Shown: positions 46,214 through 55,721 of the stretch, in pieces
Position numbering within the stretch: the stretch's first letter is position 1
Layout of the letters: every line of letters starts with the position of its first letter
Assembly (NCBI GenBank): GCA_963816355.1
Contig: CAWFKH010000004.1
Coordinates: forward strand, 320,001-384,000
Direction: 5' to 3'
Length of the DNA: 64,000 bases
From: an uncultured Gemmatimonadales bacterium
Lineage (GTDB): Bacteria; Gemmatimonadota; Gemmatimonadetes; Longimicrobiales; RSA9
The notes under the pieces: generated by a model
Told to the model about the DNA's origin: nothing
Database searches by the model: none
The model's input: only the letters and a program-made list of their open reading frames with translations
Translations under genes and position numbers: made by a program

Positions 46214-47689
46214 ATGATCCGACTTCGCCGCGTGCGGCCGCGTCTCCACCGGAGTCTGTCGCAGCTGGTCCTCCTCGCGTGCGCGGGCGCCGCGGCGCCG
46301 CTCGCGGGTCAGAGGCCGGCGACGATCCCGCGGCCGCCGCTGTCGCAGGCGGTGCGAGCGTACGTGCGGGTGGACACGTCGGTGGTGGCGCTCACGCACG
46401 TGCGCGTGATCGACGGCACGGGCGCTCCGGCGCGTGCGGACCAGACGGTCGTGATCCGGGAGGGAGCGATCGCGGCGGTCGGGGACGCGGCGAGGGTCGC
46501 GATTCCTGCGGGCGCGCAGGTGCTCGACCTGTCGGGCCGCAGCGTGATTCCCGGGCTGGTGATGGTACACGAGCACCTGTACTACCCCACGGGGCCGGGC
46601 GTGTACGCCTATCTGGCCGAGAGCTTCACGCGCCTCTACCTGGCCGGTGGCGTGACGTCGCTGCGGACGGCGGGGAACATGAACGGCTACGGCGAGCTGG
46701 GCGTGGCCGCGGCGATCGCGAGGGGAGAGAAGCCGGGGCCGTGGATCGACGCGACGGCGCCGTACCTCGAGGGGCCGGGACTGCCGCTGCCGCAGGTGCA
46801 CGCGCTGAAGGACGCGGCGGACGCGCGGCGGATGGTCGAGTTCTGGGCGGACGCGGGGGCGACGTCGTTCAAGGCGTACATGCACATCACGCGCGCGGAG
46901 CTGGGCGCGGCCGTCGACGCCGCACACGCGCGCGGGATGAGGATCACCGGCCACCTCTGCTCGGTCACGTACCGGGAGGCGGCGGAGCTGGGCATCGACG
47001 ACCTCGAGCACGGCTTCCTCGTTTCCACCGACTTCGTGAAGGGGAAGGAGCCGGACGTCTGCCCGGGACAGAGGGAGGGGCAGGAGGCGCTGGCGGGGGT
47101 CGACACGAGCGACGCGGCGTTCCGCTCGCTCGTCGCGGAGCTGGTGCGGCGGCACGTGGCGGTGACCTCGACGCCGACGGTCTTCGAGACGTTCGTCCCG
47201 GGGCGGCCGCTGCCGCCCGGGCTGGACGTGCTCGATCCGATCCTGCGCGAGGACTTCGAGCGACGCCACGCAGCGCTGGCGAAGATGGGGCCGTCGCTCT
47301 ACACGACGCTCTTCCCGAGGAACGGCGCGATGGAGCTGGCGTTCGCGCACGCGGGCGGGCTGCTCCTGGTGGGGACGGACCCGACGGGCGCCGGCGGCGT
47401 GGTGCCCGGCTATTCGAATCAGCGGGCGCTGGAGCTGCTGGTCGAGGAGGGGTTCACGCCGCTCGAGGCGATCCGCATCGGCACGCTGAACGGCGCGACG
47501 TATCTCGGCCGCGCCGACCGCGTCGGGACGATCGCGCCGGGGAAGCAGGCGGACCTCGTCGTGATCGCCGGCGATCCGTCGGCGCGCATCGGCGACATCC
47601 GCAAGGTGGAGATGGTCTTCAGGCAGGGCGTCGGATACGACCCCCGGAAGCTGATCGACTCCGTGAAGGGCCGCGTCGGCCTCTTCTAG
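46214..47689 (+). CDS. Exported amidohydrolase family protein
   Basis: PGLVMVHEH, KAY, GHL, EHG, GTD and GKQADLV motifs; signal peptide. Confidence 0.92.
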   Translation: MIRLRRVRPRLHRSLSQLVLLACAGAAAPLAGQRPATIPRPPLSQAVRAYVRVDTSVVALTHVRVIDGTGAPARADQTVVIREGAIAAVGDAARVAIPAGAQVLDLSGRSVIPGLVMVHEHLYYPTGPGVYAYLAESFTRLYLAGGVTSLRTAGNMNGYGELGVAAAIARGEKPGPWIDATAPYLEGPGLPLPQVHALKDAADARRMVEFWADAGATSFKAYMHITRAELGAAVDAAHARGMRITGHLCSVTYREAAELGIDDLEHGFLVSTDFVKGKEPDVCPGQREGQEALAGVDTSDAAFRSLVAELVRRHVAVTSTPTVFETFVPGRPLPPGLDVLDPILREDFERRHAALAKMGPSLYTTLFPRNGAMELAFAHAGGLLLVGTDPTGAGGVVPGYSNQRALELLVEEGFTPLEAIRIGTLNGATYLGRADRVGTIAPGKQADLVVIAGDPSARIGDIRKVEMVFRQGVGYDPRKLIDSVKGRVGLF

Positions 47690-47703
47690 CGGCGCGTCGA
47701 ACG

Positions 47704-48633
47704 GTGTCCGAGGAAGCGCTCGCCAACTATCTGCGCAGCCGCATCGTGGCGGGGCTGCACGTCGGCCACCTGCGTCCGGGCAGCCGCCTGCCCAGCCTGC
47801 GCGAAGTGGCGCGCGAGACCGGCGCGGACCATCGCGTGGCGGCCGCGGCGTACCGCAGACTGGAGGCGGAGGGCCTCGTCGACGTGCGGCCCCGCTCCGG
47901 CGTCTACCTCGCCGAGCAGGAAAAGCTGAACGAGAAGGTGATGGCGGAGAGCGCCCGCTGGCTGGCGGGCGTGTTCACGGACGCGTGGGTGCGCCGCATC
48001 GCGCTGCCGGAGTTCGTCGACTTCGTCCGCCTGTGCACGACGCGCGTCTATCTCGGCTGCGCCGTGGTCGAGTCGAACGAGGACCAGCGGACGGGGCTGG
48101 TGCGCGAGCTCGCCGTAGACTTCGGTCTGGACGCCTACGGCGTGGAGATCCCCGACCGACCCGAGGAGCCGCTTCCGCCCGAAACCGCCGAGGCGATCGA
48201 GGCGGCCGACCTGCTCGTCACCAGCTCCTTCCATGCTCAGCAGCTCGACGCGCTCCCCGGCAGGATGGACCGGCCGCTCGTCGTCGCGCACCTCAACCCC
48301 GGCTACGTCTCGGCGGTCGAGAGCGCGCTGGCCGACGGCGCCGCCACCTTCCTCGTCGCCGATCCGCGCTTCGCCGACCGCCTGCGCGTCCTCTTCCCGG
48401 ACGCCGGACGCCGCCTCCACGTCGTCTTCGCCGACGACGCGGAGGCGGTCGAGGCGCTCTCCGCCGACGAGCCCATCTTCCTGACCCGCGCGGCGCGCGA
48501 GCGCATAGGCGAGCGGCCGCTCCGCCTCGCGTTTCCCCACTCGCCCTCGATCTCGCCCGAGGCGGCGCGCGAGATCTGCGCCTGGATCATCCGCCTCAAC
48601 ACCACCCGCTCCGCCCGCAAGATGAGACGCTGA
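47704..48633 (+). CDS. GntR family regulator with long C-terminal domain
   Basis: LRPGSRLPSLREVARE..VAAAYRRLEAEGLV..RPRSGVY. Confidence 0.88.
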   Translation: MSEEALANYLRSRIVAGLHVGHLRPGSRLPSLREVARETGADHRVAAAAYRRLEAEGLVDVRPRSGVYLAEQEKLNEKVMAESARWLAGVFTDAWVRRIALPEFVDFVRLCTTRVYLGCAVVESNEDQRTGLVRELAVDFGLDAYGVEIPDRPEEPLPPETAEAIEAADLLVTSSFHAQQLDALPGRMDRPLVVAHLNPGYVSAVESALADGAATFLVADPRFADRLRVLFPDAGRRLHVVFADDAEAVEALSADEPIFLTRAARERIGERPLRLAFPHSPSISPEAAREICAWIIRLNTTRSARKMRR

Positions 48634-48672
48634 GCGCGGCCCCTCCGCGCGCGGGCGCCGGGCGCGCGAGCG

Positions 48673-50317
48673 CTACCGCTTCGCGACGCTCGGATTGCCG
48701 GCCTCGCCCAAGCGCTTGCAGGCGGCCTCGCCGTGGCAGACCACCCACAGCTTGCCGGTGCCCGGCTGGATCAGGTTCAGACCCGGCTCGAAGACGCCGA
48801 AGTCGACGACGAACATCGCGTCGTTGCGGAACTTCACGTCGATCGGCTTGTTGAAGCCGTCCGGCTCGAAGATCGTCGCGGCCGACGTGCCGGTGTTGGT
48901 GATGAAGTCCGTCACGCCGCCCGAGCGATTCACGCGCACCACCTTGAAGCCGGTGAACTCGGTGGCGCCGGTCACCGGCACGAAAGAGCCCGTCTCGGCG
49001 ACGAACGCGTCGCCGTCCGCTTTAAAGCTCGCGTCCGTCGAGAAGTCGAACTTGTTCGCCGACGTGTGGTAGCCGAGCTCCGTGAAGGCGTCCTCCACGT
49101 GCAGCGAGCTGCGGTACGTCGCGTCGAGCACAAAGTCCGGACACGTCTCGAGCTCCTCGCAGAACTCCTCGTCGTTCACCGCCAGGACCTCGCCGTCGTC
49201 CGGATCGTGGAAGAAGTCCGGGAAGCCGAAGAACTCCTCCGCTCCGCCGATGCGCAGCGTGAAGAAGTCGTCGAACTCCTCGTCGATCGGCCGCGACTCG
49301 ACGATCTGCAGCTCGTCCTCGTCCACCGGAACGCTGGTCTCACCGGTCACGCCGCGCGTGTCCGCGCCATTGTTCGTCACGAACAGCACACCCGGATCCA
49401 TCGGGTCGAGGCCGATGCCGTACGGATTGCGGAACCCCCACGCCTCCAGCCGCAGGCTCGACGTCGCGTCCGCCGCGCTCGCGTCGAACGAGTAGACCGC
49501 GCCGTTGCCGGCGACGATGCCGTCGCGCGGAACGCCCGCGATCTCCATCCCCGGCGACGCCGGCGTGCCGAACGGCAGGAACGGCCCCGTCACCTCGCTC
49601 GCCGTCTGATCGAGCGCGAACGGCACCGCCGTCGTGAAGCTCGCGCCGTTGAGCACGATGTCCTTCGCGGGGTAGTCGTGGAAGCCGGCGGTGGACTCGT
49701 TCAGCCAGCCCGTGATCAGCGCGTTGTCCGCCCCCACCACACTCGAATTCGTCGCCGTGCCCTGCGCGAAATAGCCGCGGCCGGCGTCGTCGAACACCAC
49801 CTCCTCCGTGTAGTGGTCACCCGCCGACGGCAGGTTCGTCAGCACCGTCGTGAACGTCCCCATCGGGTCGTCCGGACGGAACTTCGAGATCGCGCCCACC
49901 GGCCAGCCGTTCACCCCCGTCTGCCGGTGCGTGATCCACAACCAGCCGTCGTGGAACGTCACGTCCGTCAGCGGTCCCAGCAGCCGGCTCCCCATCGCCG
50001 AACCATCCAGAATGGTCGTCGCCGTCCCGTCTTCGTCGATGCGCTTCACCTTCGGCGGCAGCCCCGCCATCACCCCCGCTTCCGCCACCCAGATCCGGTC
50101 GCCCGACATCGCCACCGCCGTCGGGAAGTCCAGCCCGCGCGCCGCCGGCACCAGGAAGTAGCCGGGCGGCACGCTCGCGTTCGCCACCGCACCGACGCCG
50201 CTCGAGCCGGACCGATCCGCCGAAACCGGTCCGGTCGGCGTCTGCGACTGCTCGGCACACGCCGCCAGTAACGACACCGCGCCCAGGAACGTGATCAGAA
50301 TGGATGGACCTCCGCAT
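48673..50317 (-). CDS. Lipoprotein, glucose/sorbosone dehydrogenase-like beta-propeller, apparent +1 frameshift ~50303
   Basis: GLDFPT, LPSAGDH, WGFRNPYG, KPIDVKF..VVDFG. Removing one base gives the signal MRRSIILITFLGAVSLLAAC after a GGAGG RBS. Confidence 0.8.
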
Positions 50318-50393
50318 GTGAACCTCCGGGAAGGGGATACAGGGAAGAATACCTCGACATCGAGGGGACGGTGAGGCGGGCAAGGACCGTTCC

Positions 50394-50416
50394 ACTGATA
50401 CGGGGACGGTATCAGT
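50394..50416. promoter_or_regulatory. Palindromic operator ACTGATAC-N7-GTATCAGT
   Basis: Perfect 8-bp inverted repeat about 77 bp upstream of the lipoprotein start; extra TGATAC half-site at ~50437. Confidence 0.6.
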
Positions 50417-50650
50417 TCAGGAACAGCGGGGCCGCTTGATACGCCGCGGCGGGTGGAGGGTCGGTCGGCGGCGGAGCGGGCGCGGGGGAGCGCGGCTGGC
50501 GGCGCCGCCGCCCCCCCGGCGCGTCAGCCGCGGCCGCGCATCATCCGCTTGAGCACAGGCGTGACGAGGAGGAGACAGATGCCGGACGCGGGGAGATCGA
50601 AGCGGCGCTCCCGCCCGTGCGGACTCCGCGATAAGGCGGCCGCGATAGGG

Positions 50651-51730
50651 TCAGCCGCCGAGCCAGCCGAGCGCCGCCATCGCGGCGGTGCTGTTCGGCT
50701 GCAGCTCCAGCTCCTTCCGGTAGCTCGCCGCGGCCGCTTCCGTCCGCCCCGCCGCGAGCTGCGCCTCGCCGAGGCTGTCGAACGCGTTGGCGGACTCCGG
50801 GTGCGCCGCGGTGACGAGCTTCATGACCTCGACGGCGTCGGCCGCGCGGCCGCGCTCCATCAGTCGGTAGCCGAGCAGGACGAGCTGCGTCTCGCCCATG
50901 TCGTAGTCGGCGGCATGCGCGTCGGCGATCTCGTGGTAGCGGCGCACGGCCGCGGCGACGCCGTCGCGAGCGACGACGGAGTCGAGGACGGCGCCGATCG
51001 ACGGCTTCGGCCCGCTCGAGTAGGGGAAGTTGCGGACGGAGATGCGGCGCGCGAACACGTTGAGCGTGATGTCGATGCTGTCGCCCAGGGCGACGGCGGC
51101 GAGGTTGAAGCCGGGGTTGAAGCGGTTGCCGCCGACGACGCCGAAGTCGTTGCGGTCGAGCGTAACCTGCCCGACCCACGCCATCGAGACGTTGCCGCCG
51201 GAGCCGACGGTGCGCGGCATGAGCTGCACGAACGGGATCGACACATCGCGCGTCACGCCGTGGATCGTGAGCGGCCCCTTCGCCACGAAGCCGTCGTCCT
51301 GCCGCTCCACGCTGCGGCTGCGGAAGACGATCGTCGGGTACTTGTCGACGTCGAAGAAGTCGGGCGACTTCAGGTGATGGTCGCGGGGGTCGTTGTCGGT
51401 GTCCAGGCTGGCGGTCTCGATCACCGCGGCGACCGCGGAGCGCGTGGGGTCGGCGGTGTCGTAGGCGATCGTCGCCTGCACCCGATGGAAGCGGCCCGGC
51501 ACCCGCACGACGCGCATGAAGCGGCTGGTGAACTGCACCGACGAGTGCGCCGCCTGCCACTGCAGCAGCTCGGGCGGCGCCGCGTCCGCGGGCCGCGCGG
51601 AGGCGGCTGGGGCCTGCGCCAGCGCGGGCGAGGGAGCGGCCACGACTGCCAGCGCGGGGCAAAGGCCCGCGGCGACGGCGAGGGCGGCGGCGGCGAGGAG
51701 CCGCGAGCGGACTGGTCTCCGGAAGCGCAT
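50651..51730 (-). CDS. Exported YceI-family protein with C-terminal TPR
   Basis: HSSVQF, RDHHLKSPDFFD, LTIHGVT, LDRNDFGV; then LGYRLM..HPESANAFDSLGEA. Confidence 0.9.
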   Translation of the reverse strand: MRFRRPVRSRLLAAAALAVAAGLCPALAVVAAPSPALAQAPAASARPADAAPPELLQWQAAHSSVQFTSRFMRVVRVPGRFHRVQATIAYDTADPTRSAVAAVIETASLDTDNDPRDHHLKSPDFFDVDKYPTIVFRSRSVERQDDGFVAKGPLTIHGVTRDVSIPFVQLMPRTVGSGGNVSMAWVGQVTLDRNDFGVVGGNRFNPGFNLAAVALGDSIDITLNVFARRISVRNFPYSSGPKPSIGAVLDSVVARDGVAAAVRRYHEIADAHAADYDMGETQLVLLGYRLMERGRAADAVEVMKLVTAAHPESANAFDSLGEAQLAAGRTEAAAASYRKELELQPNSTAAMAALGWLGG

Positions 51731-51937
51731 GCTGGCGTTGCTCTCCGTGTTCTGAGGTCGGGATTCCGGGTGCATCCATTGAACGCTTAGAGCGCTGCCG
51801 GCGTTCCGCCCGTGGTCCCGGGTAGCGCACGGTTCGTCCCGCGCCCGGCGCCACCGTCCCGAACCGACGCGTATCTTCCCGGCGCGGTGCGCCCGCCGCC
51901 ACGGCGGGCGGCCCGACTCGGAACGCACGAGGAGCGC

Positions 51938-52573
51938 ATGCAGCCACACGAGGGACGTCCGGTGCTCACGCGAGGCCCCGCGCCGGAGGCGGCGCGCGCC
52001 GCGCTGATTCTGGTCCACGGCCGCAACGCCGACCCGTCGGGGATCCTGCCGCTGGCGGACGCGTTCGGCGTCGACGGCGTCGCGTGTCTCGCGCCCGCGG
52101 CGGCGGATGGGACCTGGTACCCGTACGGCTTCATGAGCCCGACGGAGCGGAACGAGCCGGGCATCTCGTCGGGCCTCGGCGTGCTCGACGGGCTGGTCTC
52201 GGAGCTCGAATCGCGCGGCGTGCCTCCAGCACGCGTCGTGCTGCTCGGCTTCTCGCAGGGTGCGTGTCTGGTGTCGGAATACGCGGTGCGCCACGCCCGT
52301 CGCTATGGCGGCGTCGTCGCGTACAGCGGCGGCCTGATCGGGCCGCAGGGGACGGCGTGGGAGTATCCGGGCGCGTTCGACGGCACGCCGGTCTTCCTGG
52401 GATGCAGCGACGTCGATCCGCACATTCCGCGCGAGCGCGTGGCGGAGAGCGCGGCGGTCTTCGCGCGCATGGGGGCGGACGTGGCGGAGCGGATCTATCC
52501 GGGGATGGGGCACCTGGTGAACGAGGACGAGGTCGCCTGGACGCGCGAGCTGCTGCGGGGGTTGACGGCGTGA
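51938..52573 (+). CDS. Phospholipase/carboxylesterase (alpha/beta hydrolase)
   Basis: VHGR, GFSQG, DPHIP and MGH motifs; GAGGAG RBS. Confidence 0.92.
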   Translation: MQPHEGRPVLTRGPAPEAARAALILVHGRNADPSGILPLADAFGVDGVACLAPAAADGTWYPYGFMSPTERNEPGISSGLGVLDGLVSELESRGVPPARVVLLGFSQGACLVSEYAVRHARRYGGVVAYSGGLIGPQGTAWEYPGAFDGTPVFLGCSDVDPHIPRERVAESAAVFARMGADVAERIYPGMGHLVNEDEVAWTRELLRGLTA

Positions 52574-52607
52574 GCGCGGGCGGCCGGGCGGGGGGAGGGG
52601 GCGGCGC

Positions 52608-53456
52608 GTGGCGGAGGTGACGTCGCTGCGCGAGGCGGTCGCCGAATGGGTCCACGACGGCGACGCCGTCGCGCTCGAGGGCTTCACGCACCTGATTCCG
52701 CACGCCGCCGGCCACGAGCTGATCCGCCAGGGCCGGCGCGACCTCACGCTGATTCGCATGACGCCGGACGTGGTCTACGACCAGCTCATCGGCGTCGGCG
52801 CGGCGCGGCGGCTCGTCTTCTCCTGGGGCGGCAATCCGGGCGTCGGCTCCCTGCACCGCTTCCGCGACGCGGTCGAGAACGCGTGGCCGGCGCCGCTCGA
52901 GCTGGTCGAGCTGAGCCACGCGATGATGGCGGCTGCGTACGTGGCCGGCGCCTCGAGTCTACCGTTCGGCACGCTGCGCGACGCGGGCGGCGAGATCCCT
53001 GCGCACACGGACGCCGTGCGGCCGATCGCGTGCCCGTTCACCGGCGAGCCGCTGCTCGCGGTGGCGGCGCACCGGCCGGACGTCGCGATCATCCACGCGC
53101 AACGCGCCGACCGCGATGGCAACGTGCAGATCTGGGGGATCGTCGGCGTGCAGAAAGAGGCGGCGCTCGCCGCGCGCCACGCGATCGCGACGGTCGAGGA
53201 AGTGGTCGAGCGCCTCGAGCGCGTGAGCGGCGACGTCGTCATCCCGCACTTCGCGTTCGCCGCCGTCTGCCCCGCGCCGGGCGGCGCGCACCCCTCCTAC
53301 GCGCAGGGCTACACGCGGCGCGACAACGCCTTCTACCGGAGGTGGGACGCGATCTCGCGCGACCGCGCGGCGTTCGAGGCGTGGATCGAGCGGCACGTGC
53401 GCGGGACGGACGACGTCGCCGCCTACCATCGCAGCCTGGCGGAAGCGGCGTCGTGA
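52608..53456 (+). CDS. CoA-transferase subunit A (GctA/CatI-like)
   Basis: EGFTHLIP, RMTPD, FSWGGNPGVGSL, CPFTGE, HPSYAQG. Confidence 0.92.
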   Translation: MAEVTSLREAVAEWVHDGDAVALEGFTHLIPHAAGHELIRQGRRDLTLIRMTPDVVYDQLIGVGAARRLVFSWGGNPGVGSLHRFRDAVENAWPAPLELVELSHAMMAAAYVAGASSLPFGTLRDAGGEIPAHTDAVRPIACPFTGEPLLAVAAHRPDVAIIHAQRADRDGNVQIWGIVGVQKEAALAARHAIATVEEVVERLERVSGDVVIPHFAFAAVCPAPGGAHPSYAQGYTRRDNAFYRRWDAISRDRAAFEAWIERHVRGTDDVAAYHRSLAEAAS

Positions 53457-54202
53457 CGCCGGCGACGCGCGAGGAAACGATGACGGTCGCGGCCGCGCGC
53501 GAGCTGAGCGACGGCGCGGTGTGCTTCGTCGGGATCGGCCTGCCGAGCGCCGCGGCGAACCTGGCGCGCCGACTCCACGCGCCGCGCCTCGTGCTCGTGT
53601 ACGAGTCCGGAACGATCGGCTCGAAGCCGGACGTGCTGCCGCTGTCGATCGGCGATGGCGAGCTCGCCGAGAGCGCCGACGCCGTGGTGCCGGTGCCGGA
53701 GATCTTCGCCTACTGGCTGCAGGGCGGCCGCATCGACGTCGGCTTCCTCGGCGCCGCGCAGATCGACCGCTTCGGCAACCTGAACACGACGACGATCGGG
53801 CCGTGGGCCGCGCCCCGCGTGCGGCTGCCCGGCGCCGGCGGCGCGCCCGAGATCGCGGCGTGGGCCGGCCGCGTGATCGTCGTGCTGCCGCACCGGCGCC
53901 GCGCCTTCGTCGAGCGACTCGGCTACGTCACCACCGCCGGCTTCCTCGCCGGAGGCGACGCCCGCGCGCGCGCCGGCCTGCGCGGCGCCGGCCCCACGCG
54001 CGTGATCACCGACCTCGGCGTGCTCGAGCCGGACCCGGAGAGGGGGGAGCTGGTGCTCAGCGCCGTCCACCCCGGCGTCAGCGCCGAGCAGGCCCGCGCG
54101 GAGACCGGGTGGCCGCTGCGCGTCGCATCCCCGCTCCGCACCACCCCACCGCCCACCGGCGAGGAGGTGAGGGCGCTGAGGGCGCTGAAGGGGCGGAGGT
54201 AG
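53453..54202 (+). CDS. CoA-transferase subunit B (GctB/CatJ-like)
   Basis: FVGIGLP, YESG (catalytic Glu), GAAQIDRFGNLN, RLPGAGGA. GTGA overlap. Confidence 0.92.
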   Translation: MTPATREETMTVAAARELSDGAVCFVGIGLPSAAANLARRLHAPRLVLVYESGTIGSKPDVLPLSIGDGELAESADAVVPVPEIFAYWLQGGRIDVGFLGAAQIDRFGNLNTTTIGPWAAPRVRLPGAGGAPEIAAWAGRVIVVLPHRRRAFVERLGYVTTAGFLAGGDARARAGLRGAGPTRVITDLGVLEPDPERGELVLSAVHPGVSAEQARAETGWPLRVASPLRTTPPPTGEEVRALRALKGRR

Positions 54203-54346
54203 CGCGGTGCGAGGGAGGGCGCGGAGATAGCGCGGTGGGGCCGGCCGGCGAGTCGGCCGCGCCGCGCGCCATCGGAAACGCGTTCGCGCAATCGCGGCCG
54301 GAGCCGTCCCTCCGTTCCCTCCATGCCCCCCGTTCCCTCCAACCCA

Positions 54347-54862
54347 TCAGAGCGGGAGCCGGTAGGCCTTGACGTGCTCGCCGTCGCCGGGCCGGAAGTC
54401 GTGCTCGGGCGCGCGCGCGAAGCCCATCCGCTCGTACATGCCGATCGCGACGCGCATCGTCTTCGAGGTGTGGAGGCCGAGAGCGGGTGCGCCCATCGCC
54501 CGCGCGCGCGCCACGCACGCATCGACGAGCGCGCGGCCGACGCCGTGGCCGCGCGCTTCGGGCGCCACGGCGAGGAGCCGCAGCTCCGGGCACGACAGCG
54601 GCGCCGTGGCTCCGTGGTAGGCGTCGGAGGCGGTCGGGAAGATGGCGACGCTGCCCACCACCTCGCCGGCGCGCTCCGCGACGAGCCACGCGGCGTCGGC
54701 CTCGTGCTCGAGCGCCCTGTGCACCGCACCCTCCAGACCGTGCCACGCGCCGGCGGTCATCGTCGCGGCGTACTCGGCGTACGCGGCCAGCGTCACGCGG
54801 CGGATCGCATCGCGGTCGGCCGCGCCGGCCGGACGCACGACGAGCTCACCGCCGTCGCTCAC
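54347..54862 (-). CDS. GNAT family N-acetyltransferase
   Basis: LAVAPEARGHGVGRAL and AIGMYERMGF motifs. GTGA overlap with the aquaporin stop. Confidence 0.9.
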   Translation of the reverse strand: MSDGGELVVRPAGAADRDAIRRVTLAAYAEYAATMTAGAWHGLEGAVHRALEHEADAAWLVAERAGEVVGSVAIFPTASDAYHGATAPLSCPELRLLAVAPEARGHGVGRALVDACVARARAMGAPALGLHTSKTMRVAIGMYERMGFARAPEHDFRPGDGEHVKAYRLPL

Positions 54863-55544
54863 CGGCCGGGCGGCTCCGGCACCGCTTCCGGCGCGCCGCG
54901 GGCTGCCATCTCGTCCGGATGCATCAGGCGGAATACGGCGGCCGCGAGCGCGCCGCCCGCGAGCGGCGCGACGAGATAGAGCAGCCACACGTGCGCGATC
55001 GAACCTGCGCCGTAGATCGCGAAGACGAACGCGGGGCCGAGGCCGACGGCGGGGTTGAAGGCGCCGCCGCTGATGTCGCCCACGGCGAACGCGCCGACCA
55101 TGACGGTGAAGCCGATGGCGAGGCCGAAGTAGCTGTTGCCCTCGGCCACTTCGGTGGTCGCGACGTTGAGCACGACGAGCGCGAGGAAGAAGGTGAAGAC
55201 GAGCTCCGCGACGAAGGCGCCGCCGGTGGAGGCGGCGGCGCCGGGCGCCGCCACGAACGGCCCGCGCAGCGACGCGGCGAGGAGCGCGGCGAGGAAGGCG
55301 CCGGCGAGCTGCGCGGCGACGTAGGGCACGAACTCCGCGGCGGGCAGCTTGCCGCGCAGCATCACGGCGAGCGAAACGGCCGGATTGAAGTGTCCGCCGG
55401 AAACCGGACCGCCCATGTAGACCGCGATCATGAGCGCGGAGCCGATGGCGAGCGGCGCGAAGGTGTGCCGGCGGTCACCGTAAGCGCGACGGTGATCACG
55501 AGGAGGAACGTGCCGACGAGCTCGGTCACGAGCTTGCGCGTCAT
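54859..55544 (-). CDS. Aquaporin (MIP family), apparent -1 frameshift ~55463
   Basis: ELVGTF N-terminus in one frame; SGGHFNPAVS and GGAFNPAV in the next. Confidence 0.9.
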
Positions 55545-55721
55545 GGCGGCCTCGGGGTCGGGGGAGGAAGGGTCCCGTTCGGCGGACAATATCGGTGTTC
55601 GCACGCGGCCGGGGAAGGCGCCGAGTCCGGCGGCCCGTGAACCCCGCACGGGGCGGTTGCAGTAGAAGGGCGGGTACGCCTACGTTTTCGCGGCCGTTCA
55701 CCTTTCCGGAGCCATCGCACC

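Noticed and set aside
44689..48633. 1314-aa ORF; likewise 19014..22235, 25164..27101 and 31863..33962
   Set aside because: Only the 3' portions are real genes (GntR, DUF819, two cyt b); the upstream parts are off-frame overlaps.
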